Positions 28,860 to 38,541 are shown, counted from the first letter of the stretch. The stretch: DNA of 64,000 nucleotides from Candidatus Hodarchaeota archaeon (GCA_016839815.1 JAEOTM010000038.1:1-64000); one strand, 5' to 3'. The notes: a model not told the origin generated them from the letters alone. Numbers and translations: made by a program.

Positions 28860-29693
28860 TTATTTTGGTGGTCCCTGCTGAAGTCTTTCTAAAACTGGAT
28901 CCAGACTATCCTGACCCCACATCGATTCTATCCACCAGGTGCCACCAGCTTCTTCATAAGCTCTGACTTTGTCTTTTGCTTCAGACCGGTTTTGTGATGA
29001 GGTAGTACCCTCCACAATTATATCGAATTTGTGTTTAGATGTATGTTTCTCGGCAGTGTAATGTTTTATTTCCCTGATATTCTCTGGCGTGACCTGTTCA
29101 AACTTTCCTTTTTTATTCATGATTGCTGGAAGAATTCCATCGTATTTTAATGCACGTTGCATTGATTTCACTCTGGGCCAAGCAGCTACTACCCAGATTG
29201 GGATTCGTGGCTGTTGTACTGGGATTGGGGGAGGATGTCTTGTGAAAAAAGCTGATTCTTGAATTTGATAATGTTTTCCAGTAAAAGTGAATTTTCCTTG
29301 CCATAGTCTGGTAATAATCTCCAGGCTTTCATCCAGTAATTCTGCACGAACTTTTCTATCTATTTCTTCTCCGAATTCGGCAAATCCGGTATCAATGGCC
29401 CCTAATGCCACTGAAAGTGTAATACGCCCTTTTGAAATCGTATCAAGTGTTACCAATTCACTAGCTACTTTCCATGGTCTCATCCGTGATATTGGTGAGA
29501 TTAAAGTTCCCAAACGGATTTTTTCTGTTTTACAAGCAATCGCAGTAAGTGTTATCCAGGCATCCACGCCATAGAAAGACTCCCACACAAAAAATCCATC
29601 CCATCCTTTTTTTTCTGCTACTTGAGCAAATTCAATTGCTTTGGTTACATTACTTTCGGGAAACACAAACCCATATTTCATTTTATTACCCAA
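28860..29693 (-). CDS. LLM-class (luciferase-like) flavin-dependent oxidoreductase
   Basis: AEKKGWDGFFVWE, TEKIRLGT, SKGRITLSVALG, PVQQPRIPIWV. Confidence 0.92.
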   Translation of the reverse strand: MGNKMKYGFVFPESNVTKAIEFAQVAEKKGWDGFFVWESFYGVDAWITLTAIACKTEKIRLGTLISPISRMRPWKVASELVTLDTISKGRITLSVALGAIDTGFAEFGEEIDRKVRAELLDESLEIITRLWQGKFTFTGKHYQIQESAFFTRHPPPIPVQQPRIPIWVVAAWPRVKSMQRALKYDGILPAIMNKKGKFEQVTPENIREIKHYTAEKHTSKHKFDIIVEGTTSSQNRSEAKDKVRAYEEAGGTWWIESMWGQDSLDPVLERLQQGPPK

Positions 29694-29830
29694 TTCAGCC
29701 AGACTTGGTACTCACTTGGTATTATTGAACCTTTCCTCTTCTCAAACACTTTGGTGAGTTCTTAAGAGGTTAAATGTTAAGATATATTTAATTAACATCA
29801 ATGTACATTAGTAATTATTCCTTCTATTAG

Positions 29831-30601
29831 TTGTTATTTTTAGTGATCATTGTGATCGGTATTGAGATTACGAGTAAAGCGAGTGGTATTCCTCTTTTTA
29901 CCCTTGAATTTCGTCCTGATACTTTATTTAATAGCGAAATTCGAGGAGGGCTAATAACCGCAATTATGCAAGTGATGGGGGAAACTTTTGGTCCACAAGA
30001 AACAAAGATAGTCAATTATGGCCATTATAATGCTATCTTAGTTGAGGGAAATTACGTTTATGGGACGCTTTTTACTTTTCAGTCAGGTCCGAGATTTGAA
30101 ACATTCATTGCTGATTTAATTACTCAATTTGAGGAAAAATTTCAAGACGATTTAGAAGCTACGATGAATGGAAAAACATTAGTCCATCAAGAACACTATG
30201 ATTTTGCGGTAGAATGTGCTCAAGCATATAAATCGTTCTCACACATTGATGTTACAAATTTAAGTAAATTATTAGATTCTATTCACAGTTATGGAGATAA
30301 AATCTTTGAAAACATGCTCATTTTTACACGGCCTGAAATGAGTCAGATTTACACCCATCTTATTGATGAACAATTTAGTGTATATAGTGAGGATGTATCT
30401 AAAGCCCTGAAGAATGTGTTAGATTTATCCAATCGCACCACTTTTCCCATTGAGAGTTTTCAAATCGCTTTATCCCGTGATTTCCATTGTCTCATGTTTA
30501 ATGTTTTTCCTTATTCAGTAATTGTCTTTGTTGGTGAAAAAGACTTAGAACTCACTCATTGGCGGATCCAAGAGGTCAAAGCTGATTTTTCCGAAGGTTA
30601 G
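29831..30601 (+). CDS. Longin-like domain protein with second roadblock/longin-like domain (ESP-like)
   Basis: ITSKASGIPLF...GGLITAIMQVMGETFG...FIADLITQFEEKF is typical of Asgard longins; the second alpha/beta unit ends in an amphipathic helix. True start may be GTG at 29852. Confidence 0.65.
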   Translation: MLFLVIIVIGIEITSKASGIPLFTLEFRPDTLFNSEIRGGLITAIMQVMGETFGPQETKIVNYGHYNAILVEGNYVYGTLFTFQSGPRFETFIADLITQFEEKFQDDLEATMNGKTLVHQEHYDFAVECAQAYKSFSHIDVTNLSKLLDSIHSYGDKIFENMLIFTRPEMSQIYTHLIDEQFSVYSEDVSKALKNVLDLSNRTTFPIESFQIALSRDFHCLMFNVFPYSVIVFVGEKDLELTHWRIQEVKADFSEG

Positions 30602-30724
30602 ATTGGGTAGACTCACATTTTATTGCTGAGGACTTCTGTAGAGTCACCAATTGAACACTAGCTATCCTTTTAAGGTTGACGAACTGAAGATATACTTTAA
30701 CTCCAATAAATCGAAGGGATTCTA

Positions 30725-31561
30725 ATGATCGTAAACTCGGATAATTCAATAAATTCTCCTGACCAAAACCGCTCCCTACTTCTCATAATTGGGTTATTTT
30801 TATTTTTTCTTGTCTTTAAAATGCTGGATATCTTTTGGTTAACTTTAGACGAAGAATGGGGAGATATTTTACTTTCTAAGTCTTTTTCTGTCGTTTTAAT
30901 AATATTTTTACTTCTTTTTATGGGAAAGACATTTTTTGATATTGGTATAAAAAGAGAACATTTCTTTTACAATGTTTTCTTTAGTTTGAGCTTTGTGGTC
31001 TGTTCAATAATTTCCATGCGATTTGTATATACTCTTGTTGCTTGGGATTTCACCGCATGGGACATTTTTGATGTTTCACTCACGTTTCTTTACCTTACTT
31101 TTGTAACGAATATTGTTAATGTGATGATGGAAGAGAGTCTATTTCGTGGTATCTTTCTTCGATTATCTTTGGATGCTTCAAAGAATCATTTTTGGCGTGC
31201 AAATCTATTACAGGCATTTTTCTTTGGAATCTGGCATTTTCCTACCCCAGTAAAAGAATATGTATTGGGTGAAATGGTTTTAGCAGAAACAATTATGTAT
31301 ATGTGTGTTCTATGTACTCTATCATTTGCTGTAGCTCTTCCTTGGGGGTACTATTATTATAAGACTAGTTCCATAGTCCCTTCACTAATCTGGCACTTAT
31401 TTTGGAATTCAACGCTTGGAATTTTTCCCCTATCTTCTGATAATATGCTTGCTTACCTACTCGCCTTATTAACAGGAACATCTATCGCTCTTGGCTCAAT
31501 TCCTCTATTCGATAGGATTATTTCTCCCGAAGTACTTGATACGCTCCCGCCTTGGACGTAA
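30725..31561 (+). CDS. CPBP (Abi/CAAX) family intramembrane metalloprotease
   Basis: EESLFRG, FFGIWH and HLFWN motifs. Confidence 0.92.
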   Translation: MIVNSDNSINSPDQNRSLLLIIGLFLFFLVFKMLDIFWLTLDEEWGDILLSKSFSVVLIIFLLLFMGKTFFDIGIKREHFFYNVFFSLSFVVCSIISMRFVYTLVAWDFTAWDIFDVSLTFLYLTFVTNIVNVMMEESLFRGIFLRLSLDASKNHFWRANLLQAFFFGIWHFPTPVKEYVLGEMVLAETIMYMCVLCTLSFAVALPWGYYYYKTSSIVPSLIWHLFWNSTLGIFPLSSDNMLAYLLALLTGTSIALGSIPLFDRIISPEVLDTLPPWT

Positions 31562-31562
31562 A

Positions 31563-32138
31563 TTACCCTTTCATCATGATTTCACGAATCAACCGAGTTA
31601 CTTTTGGCAATCCATATCCTGTTTTTTGACTAGTAACTATTGTTAGATAATCTTTAGTCTCAGGAACTTCCAGTGCAGTTTGAACTGTCTCTTCGACAGT
31701 GGTTATTAATTCTGCATCCTTTTTTACCCCTTGCTTTGCTTTTATTAAATCAAATTTATTGCAAACTATAATACATGGAGTTTCTACCGTTAGAGGAACA
31801 ATTCTTTGGTGGAACTCTTTTTTCGATTCTTCAAAGCGAGAGGAGTCATTAGCATCTACCACATAGATTATCACATCGGTGGTTTTGAGGTGTGATTCCC
31901 ATTGATCACGTAATGCTTCTTGTCCCCCTAAGTCAATAATTGTAGCATTTACTAATCCATCATCATCCTGCAATGATAATGAATCCATTGTTGACGAAAG
32001 TGTTGGTTTTAGATCACTGACAAATTTACCTGTCTTTAATCGAATAAACATAGCTGTTTTTCCTGCAAAATCCAATCCACAGAATACCAAATTGATAGGG
32101 GATCCTATAGCCCGGATAGTTGATTTTAAATGGCTCAT
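31563..32138 (-). CDS. Arf-related small GTPase (ESP)
   Basis: G1 GLDFAGKT, G2 PT, G3 DLGGQ followed by LRDQW, YVVDANDSSRF, G4 NKFD, G5 TSQKTGYG. Confidence 0.93.
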   Translation of the reverse strand: MSHLKSTIRAIGSPINLVFCGLDFAGKTAMFIRLKTGKFVSDLKPTLSSTMDSLSLQDDDGLVNATIIDLGGQEALRDQWESHLKTTDVIIYVVDANDSSRFEESKKEFHQRIVPLTVETPCIIVCNKFDLIKAKQGVKKDAELITTVEETVQTALEVPETKDYLTIVTSQKTGYGLPKVTRLIREIMMKG

Positions 32139-32144
32139 GTGTAT

Positions 32145-33707
32145 TTATGTTCCTCCTTTGTCTATTATGGATATGATCGGCATTGTTTTTTCTGAATTCT
32201 CGGACTTAATTTCGTTAAAATGTTCGAAAGCTAGGTTGACATCATGAGGAATTGTATTAATTTCAGTGGGGTTCTTTCGTGTTATTTCTTCATGAATACT
32301 AATCATGGAGGATCCAGCTTCATAGAAGAGGATGAGTGTATTTCCAATAAGTATGTCTTGTGGAATTTCATAAGACGGAGTGAAAGTAACGGTATCCTTA
32401 GAGGTGATTCCTCTTTTCCCCTGAAGTGGAGATTTGTACACGTTGATTGACGAGATTACTTCTTCTTTCAATTCCTTAGCAACCAATAGGTCTAGTTTTG
32501 AGTTTAGATTTTCTGAATCAAAGATCTTCTGAAACAAATCTTTTATGAAAAATGAATGGTTTAGAACCAAGTATATCTGATTTGCATGGGCTAAATCGGC
32601 TTCGAGTCTTCTTCGAGTTGATGAGGAATCAGCAATCGAAGAAAGAAAGATCTCGGCATCGATAAGTCTTACATTAGAATATGCTTTTCGTAACGCATAT
32701 ATTTCTGACTCATGATCTTTTGTAAAATCCGAAATAGCCTGAAATTGATTGTCAGCTAGCTGTGAAAGAGTTTTAATAAGAGTTAAATTGACAAATTTCC
32801 GTTTTCCCCCTTTTTCTCCCATGGATGTGGACTGACAATAGTTTTCTAAACTAGTTAACGCCTGATTAAAGACCTGTTCACTTGAAAATCGTGGTTGAAT
32901 TGTCCTCTGGTTAATAATTTCCCCCAGAGATTTGTGGAGAGAATCAATATCTTTGGAAGAATATCCTAATCTCTTAAGATCATCTTTAATTAAGTGTTTA
33001 TCAACTTTCAATTCATCAAAATCAAAGACTTTTATCTGGTCTAAATAAAATTCTCTTTTTGGAACGTGTCCTTTATTACATATCAATTTCGCAAGAATAA
33101 TTGCTTGTTTCTCATCCATCCAGAGAGAAGTAAATGATTGATATAATATTGGTAATAATGAGGTAATAGATTCATTTATTTTGGTTAAATTTTCATAATA
33201 ATTAAAAAGATGTGAAAAAGTGTCTACTCCAACTTTTTCTACACTCCCTGATTCCTCATCAGACACATCGGTTGTAGTACTTCCCAACTGATCTATTCTA
33301 TTGAGCAAAGAATGTGCTTCATTTGGGGTGAGAGAGAATTTTGGTACGAGTTTTCTATTCACAATTCTGTCCAGTAATTCATCTATTTCAAGAACTAGTA
33401 AGGCAGTTTTTGGTCTATTATGTGACATGGCAATTAAATTTAGATTTATGAGTCGGGGAAATCCGTCTGGTAGCTCCAATCGGGATGGTTTACAGTCAAG
33501 ATCTTTGGCTAGAGTTGTTGGTTTAATCTGCCCTCCATGAAGAATCATGGATATCAATATTTGTGAGGGAAAATCTTCTAGACCAACATCAATGAACATC
33601 TTTAATATTCGGTGTCGAATAAACGATGATACAGGAATTGGTTCTAAAAATTGAACCTGATTATTATCTTTTTTTTTCTTTCCTGTAGGATCATCACTGT
33701 TATGCAC
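32145..33707 (-). CDS. TrmB-like regulator with two winged-helix units and C-terminal effector-binding-like domain
   Basis: VGLEDFPSQILISMILHGGQIKPTTLAKDLDCKPSRL...LINLNLI...RPK...IDELL resembles the TrmB N-terminal HTH; second unit LWMDEKQAIILAKLI...; C-terminal LEADLAHANQIYLV...DLLV resembles the TrmB sugar-binding/PLD-like fold. Confidence 0.6.
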   Translation of the reverse strand: MHNSDDPTGKKKKDNNQVQFLEPIPVSSFIRHRILKMFIDVGLEDFPSQILISMILHGGQIKPTTLAKDLDCKPSRLELPDGFPRLINLNLIAMSHNRPKTALLVLEIDELLDRIVNRKLVPKFSLTPNEAHSLLNRIDQLGSTTTDVSDEESGSVEKVGVDTFSHLFNYYENLTKINESITSLLPILYQSFTSLWMDEKQAIILAKLICNKGHVPKREFYLDQIKVFDFDELKVDKHLIKDDLKRLGYSSKDIDSLHKSLGEIINQRTIQPRFSSEQVFNQALTSLENYCQSTSMGEKGGKRKFVNLTLIKTLSQLADNQFQAISDFTKDHESEIYALRKAYSNVRLIDAEIFLSSIADSSSTRRRLEADLAHANQIYLVLNHSFFIKDLFQKIFDSENLNSKLDLLVAKELKEEVISSINVYKSPLQGKRGITSKDTVTFTPSYEIPQDILIGNTLILFYEAGSSMISIHEEITRKNPTEINTIPHDVNLAFEHFNEIKSENSEKTMPIISIIDKGGT

Positions 33708-33766
33708 CAGTATTCAGCTCAAGATGTTGATTGTCTTGTGAAACTTATATTTCTATACATAAATAT

Positions 33767-33809
33767 TTTCAGGCAATATACATTAATTTTGTGTATATCT
33801 CTTCTGAAA
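33767..33809. promoter_or_regulatory. Nested inverted repeat (operator candidate) in divergent promoter
   Basis: TTTCAG (33767-72), ATATACA (33776-82)-N9-TGTATAT (33792-98), CTGAAA (33804-09). Confidence 0.5.
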
Positions 33810-33861
33810 TACGAAATTATTAAAACTGCTATGAATTCTTTGAGTGTTAGGATGAATAAGA

Positions 33862-34815
33862 GTGACTGGGGTCGATTCAGTATTTTCTTCTGTGATATTC
33901 TGTTATTTTTTGGATCGAGGCCCTAGTTCGATAGACTATTTTTTCCTAGGTGAGATTACTGAAGACCCTAATCTCACTGCAGTTCGATTGATGACAAAAT
34001 CCACTGCAATGGTAAAGGGAGATATTTCCCAACAGGTTGAACAGTCAATTACCAATCAATTGAGTGGTCCTGATATTTTTCCTGTTGATCCCAAATGTCG
34101 AATGGTTTGGTATAATTGGTTAATCGGAAATCGATTTTCTAAGGATTCTAGGATCAAAAGTACTGGTGCAATGGCAGGGATTTACTGTATCTACAGAAAG
34201 GATAAGGAAGGAATTATTAGAAATTCATTGAAGGTTATTGAACAGATTCTTAGAAATCTTAGCTTAGATTTCAAGACCATTGATGACGTAATTAGGAAGA
34301 AATTGAATCTCACTACCTCAACAAGTATCACTCATGAACACTTTGCTAAAATCATTAAGGAAAGTGATACAAGCGTCATTACAAAGAGCATCAGTTCAGA
34401 ATTGAATGAAAAAGTCAAAAAATATTCAGAGGTTCGAGGAGACAAGTATGGTCCTCAAACCGCTAAGTTTAAAGTTATCTTACAGAATATGGTGTTCAAG
34501 AAAGGTACACCAGATGAAATTATTGGCCAATCCAACAAGAGACAATTCTGGGATTCCATGATAAAAATCTTAGATTTACAAATCCAATCAAAATTGCCTA
34601 AAATCGCCTCGAAGGAACTTAACGAGAAGGAATTAAGAGATGTATTTCAGTTATTAACAAATCAGAAAATCTGGAGGGAACTTCCGTTGGGGAAGATCCA
34701 TCCATCAATTCAATCAAAGGATGTCAGTTTTTTTTTCTTCTATTATTGGTTAGCTCATCATCAGCTGCTTAAGAAGAAAAAAGCTCTCAAATTCTACCAG
34801 AAAATTGTGAAATAA
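33862..34815 (+). CDS. uDENN/longin-like N-terminal domain protein with helical C-terminus
   Basis: VIFCYFLDRGP...LSGPDIFP...WYNWLIGNRFSKDSRI...IYCIY resembles the FDxxGP...GP...DxR pattern of DENN/longin-like Asgard proteins. Confidence 0.5.
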   Translation: MTGVDSVFSSVIFCYFLDRGPSSIDYFFLGEITEDPNLTAVRLMTKSTAMVKGDISQQVEQSITNQLSGPDIFPVDPKCRMVWYNWLIGNRFSKDSRIKSTGAMAGIYCIYRKDKEGIIRNSLKVIEQILRNLSLDFKTIDDVIRKKLNLTTSTSITHEHFAKIIKESDTSVITKSISSELNEKVKKYSEVRGDKYGPQTAKFKVILQNMVFKKGTPDEIIGQSNKRQFWDSMIKILDLQIQSKLPKIASKELNEKELRDVFQLLTNQKIWRELPLGKIHPSIQSKDVSFFFFYYWLAHHQLLKKKKALKFYQKIVK

Positions 34816-34860
34816 GCAAATCCGTGATATATAACGACTTTTGAATCTGAATGACAAATA

Positions 34861-35550
34861 GTGAGTAAAATGATTATCAAATCGAAACTACCCTGGATAA
34901 AGTTAATTATTATACAAGGGGTAATTATATCTTGTACTATTAATCATTTTGCGATTACTTTCCAAAATAGTGCCGAATTTTTACACAATTCCATTATTGA
35001 GACATTTAATAAAAAATTAGTACAGGAAAATACAAGTATAGATTCTATTGCTCCTGAAATTATAGGATCATCTGATATGAGTTACTTAGTCAATACTACG
35101 GGTCACAATATAACATGGTACATTTCTGATAAGAACCCTCTCAATTATTCAATCCTCCACAATTACTTATATATTGAAACTGAAAGAAATAAAACTTGGT
35201 CAGAGAACCAGACAGTTATATTCTCTGTGGATAATCTACTAGTAGGAATCCACCTTTTTACAATCATAGTGGAAGATTTATCCCATAATACTTTTTCTGA
35301 TGATGTTGTAGTGATGGTGGGTGAAAAAGCTAATTTTCCAACGTTCACTACTACGAACACTGAACCTGCGGATTCAAATCAGAATATTCAAGAATTATTC
35401 ATACTCGGACTTATTCTTGCCGTAATAATCTTAGTCTCAATGGTAATTGTTGAAAATAGAAGGAATAAGAAAAGGATCGATTTACCATTTAAACTTCCTC
35501 CTGAAGATGCTCTCGAATTAGAATTTCTTGATGAACAGGATTTTCTTTGA
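34861..35550 (+). CDS. Single-pass membrane protein with Ig-like extracellular domain
   Basis: TGHNITWYISDKNPLNYSI...VDNLLVGIHLFTIIVEDLSHN; TM LFILGLILAVIILVSMVIV then RRNKKR. Confidence 0.75.
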   Translation: MSKMIIKSKLPWIKLIIIQGVIISCTINHFAITFQNSAEFLHNSIIETFNKKLVQENTSIDSIAPEIIGSSDMSYLVNTTGHNITWYISDKNPLNYSILHNYLYIETERNKTWSENQTVIFSVDNLLVGIHLFTIIVEDLSHNTFSDDVVVMVGEKANFPTFTTTNTEPADSNQNIQELFILGLILAVIILVSMVIVENRRNKKRIDLPFKLPPEDALELEFLDEQDFL

Positions 35551-35831
35551 TTTAATCAAAAGAATGGTATGGAATTTACTATAGATCATTTTATTTCTAG
35601 CTTAACTTTGTTTTTAAGATTAAACACCTATTTAGAATTTATTGGAATAATTTCTCATGAATACAATATATAAAATTCAGTGATTTACGTGATAAAGGAA
35701 AATATGATAGTTTGAGTTATAAGTCCAATTTTTTCAAAAAATTTATAAAGACTGACTTATATTGTGGTAAATATTCATACAAGCTATATCAACGATAGAA
35801 AAAGTAAAAACATAGAGTATGGTGAAACAAA

Positions 35832-38483
35832 ATGACAAGAATTGTGAAAAAGACATTGGGTGTAATTGCTTTATTGATTTTCATTCTACCAGTTGCATTC
35901 AATTATCAAAATTTTGAATCTACAGAAGGATGGGTACCCGAATTCTGGATTGCGGGGTATACACAAAATCCGCAGTATCCACATACAGATGATGTTGTAA
36001 CAATAACTACTCAAGTTTTCTTAACAGGGGGTAGTTACTTATCAGTTACGCTCTATTACCGAATTAATGGGGACGATGGAACATTAGTTACCAAAGGTAT
36101 GACTAGTATTGGGAATGATCAATATAGGACTACCATTCCAGTTTTTTCTGCTGGTACAGAAGTTGAATATAAGATTAGAGCAACAGCTGAAATACTTGGA
36201 TATCTAGAGACTTTGTATTCACCCTATTCAGGCTATCATTCCTATACGGTTACTGAACCATCTGATATTGCCTGGATCTCTCCATCTGCAGGAATGGAAA
36301 TTACTTTTGGACCTGTAGGAGATGATATCACCTTTAATTTTGACTGGTCCATGGATAACCTTGATGATGCTCGACTTTCAATTGGAAGTCAAGAATTCGA
36401 TATCCTAGATGTTGGAAGTATCCAAGTGAAATCTGTAGTCTTGGATGGAGCGGCCTTAGATGGAATTACTATTTCAGCAACATTGAAGGGATATAATAAT
36501 GCAGTTCTTGCTGCTAGTGCCTCCCGTTCTTTTAGCTTTCGACGTCTAGACTACGAGTTATCATGGAATTCACCTTCTGATGGGAATACAATAGCGTTCA
36601 GTCCTACAGGTTTAGCAAAATTTAATTTTACTTTCACTCAAGGTGTCGATATTGATTACGTGAATCTATTCTTCAATAACTCATTTCAAGCTGAGGTGAC
36701 AAGTCCTTGGACACATGCATTTACCTTTGGACCATATGAAGGTGTGATTGAGGCGACATTAGAGGGATATGATTCTGGTGATAATTTAATAGCCACTGAT
36801 ACCCGCTCTTTTATTTTTAGAAGATTAGTATTTGAGGTAGTCTGGGATTCGCCAGCTGCAAATAGTTCCATTACATTCGGTCCAGGAACTGATCCTGAAT
36901 TGTTCAATATTACATTTTCAAAAGGTACCGATGTAAATTTTGTAAAATTATCTTTAAATGGTCTTGATATGGGAAATGTTTCCAGTCCAGCTACAGTATC
37001 TTTCCTCTACTCAAATGATACCCATGGATTGATCGAAGCTGTATTAACTGGATATAACGCTGTAGGATCCCTATTGTCTAGTGATACTCGTAATTTTACA
37101 TTTGATAAAATTGTTGATGTTAGATACGAGATTCTTCAGCAAAATGAAATTAATTTAGGTCAGAAATTATATTTGATTCTTCATGACCCTAATGGGGACA
37201 ATAGCTTTTCAAGCTATGAACAGTCAACGTCTATATCTCTAGGTGTCGGTTGTGAGTTCAAATCTAGCAATGCTACTGGTATAGAAATTGGAGTAGAACA
37301 GGAAGTAGACTTCTTTGGACTTTTTGAATCAGGAATTGAAGCTTCTACAAAGCTCGCTTTATCAAAGGAGTCTAGCCAAGGATTTGAGATTAGATACGAT
37401 ATTACAGATAGTACTTTCTTAAGTTCCTCTGATTCATCTTCTAACATCGATTTTATCGGTCCTGGTTATGGTGATCGTTATTGGGGTGAACTGTGGAAAC
37501 TTAAGTACGTATTCACAATTCATTATCATAAATATTTCAATACTAGCGAAGTGTACTTTGACCCACATCTGTGGTGGGGTATTTTACGTGATGCCGAAGC
37601 CTATCTAAGTGATGCTACTGCCCCTGAATCTTGGAGAGCTCAAAATCCTGTAAATCAAGGGTATTCAGAAGAAGCAGTTGAATGGGTTGGCGGTACTTTT
37701 ATCGCCGATGGTGGAGGAACTTACACCAATACCCATGAAATTTCAAATACCAATACATTGAGTGAATCAATAACTATTGGACTCGAGACTGAAACAAAAG
37801 CCAAACTATCGGCTGGTGGGGCATATGTTGAAGGTTCATTAGAACTATCGCTTGAAACAAAGGTATACGCTGAAATGAGTATTGGTAATACCATCACTAC
37901 AAGTTATACAATTAAGGACGCTGATCCTACAGACTCGATTGTTCAGAAAGTGGGAATAGATAAAAACTTTGGAACATACATTTTTCAGACTGTTACTGAC
38001 TTCTGTAAAACTTCCTCTCCAATTGAACATGGTACTCTTGACTACTTACCTCCAGTTATTGGATATCCAACTATTATCTATGATACTGATCAGGATTTCA
38101 AAGGTCCTACTCCTCAGGATAACCCCCTCGTTACAGTTAAAATTGAAGAAGAAGGTGGTATGCAAACTGCGACTCTTTACTACTCAATTGATAATGGAAC
38201 CAGTTGGAGGATGACACCTTTGGTAGAATATCCAGGTCAACCCGATGTTTGGCATGCTAATATTCCTAAACAGGCCAATAATACTGTTGTCCTCTGGTAT
38301 CTCGAAGCTATTGACGATACTGGTAATTCTGCGTTGAAGTTTGATATAACTGATTCGTATTTCTCATATAAAGTAGGAATTATCATTAATCCTCTCGAAG
38401 CTCAGACTCCAGGATTTACTTTTTGGACAGTATTCCTAACTTTTGCCCTTGGAGCCTTCTTAATATCCAAACGACGTCATTGA
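35832..38483 (+). CDS. Large surface protein: Ig-like domains, central Ser/Thr-rich beta domain, PGF-CTERM-like anchor
   Basis: Signal peptide; three W.SP...I.F.P repeats; ILHDPNGDNS domain; ends QTPGFTFWTVFLTFALGAFLISKRRH. Confidence 0.85.
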   Translation: MTRIVKKTLGVIALLIFILPVAFNYQNFESTEGWVPEFWIAGYTQNPQYPHTDDVVTITTQVFLTGGSYLSVTLYYRINGDDGTLVTKGMTSIGNDQYRTTIPVFSAGTEVEYKIRATAEILGYLETLYSPYSGYHSYTVTEPSDIAWISPSAGMEITFGPVGDDITFNFDWSMDNLDDARLSIGSQEFDILDVGSIQVKSVVLDGAALDGITISATLKGYNNAVLAASASRSFSFRRLDYELSWNSPSDGNTIAFSPTGLAKFNFTFTQGVDIDYVNLFFNNSFQAEVTSPWTHAFTFGPYEGVIEATLEGYDSGDNLIATDTRSFIFRRLVFEVVWDSPAANSSITFGPGTDPELFNITFSKGTDVNFVKLSLNGLDMGNVSSPATVSFLYSNDTHGLIEAVLTGYNAVGSLLSSDTRNFTFDKIVDVRYEILQQNEINLGQKLYLILHDPNGDNSFSSYEQSTSISLGVGCEFKSSNATGIEIGVEQEVDFFGLFESGIEASTKLALSKESSQGFEIRYDITDSTFLSSSDSSSNIDFIGPGYGDRYWGELWKLKYVFTIHYHKYFNTSEVYFDPHLWWGILRDAEAYLSDATAPESWRAQNPVNQGYSEEAVEWVGGTFIADGGGTYTNTHEISNTNTLSESITIGLETETKAKLSAGGAYVEGSLELSLETKVYAEMSIGNTITTSYTIKDADPTDSIVQKVGIDKNFGTYIFQTVTDFCKTSSPIEHGTLDYLPPVIGYPTIIYDTDQDFKGPTPQDNPLVTVKIEEEGGMQTATLYYSIDNGTSWRMTPLVEYPGQPDVWHANIPKQANNTVVLWYLEAIDDTGNSALKFDITDSYFSYKVGIIINPLEAQTPGFTFWTVFLTFALGAFLISKRRH

Positions 38484-38495
38484 ACATTTTCTTCG

Positions 38496-38541
38496 GAATT
38501 AATTGTTAATCTACAATTAATTCTTCTTTTTTTCTTTCTTT
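38496..38541 (+). terminator. Hairpin plus T-tract between convergent genes
   Basis: GAATTAATTGT-taatct-ACAATTAATTC (38496-38523, 11-bp stem), then ttcttttttctttcttt. Confidence 0.6.

Noticed and set aside
30725-32138. CAAX protease processing the neighbouring GTPase
   Set aside because: The GTPase ends IMMKG with no Cys, and the genes are convergent.
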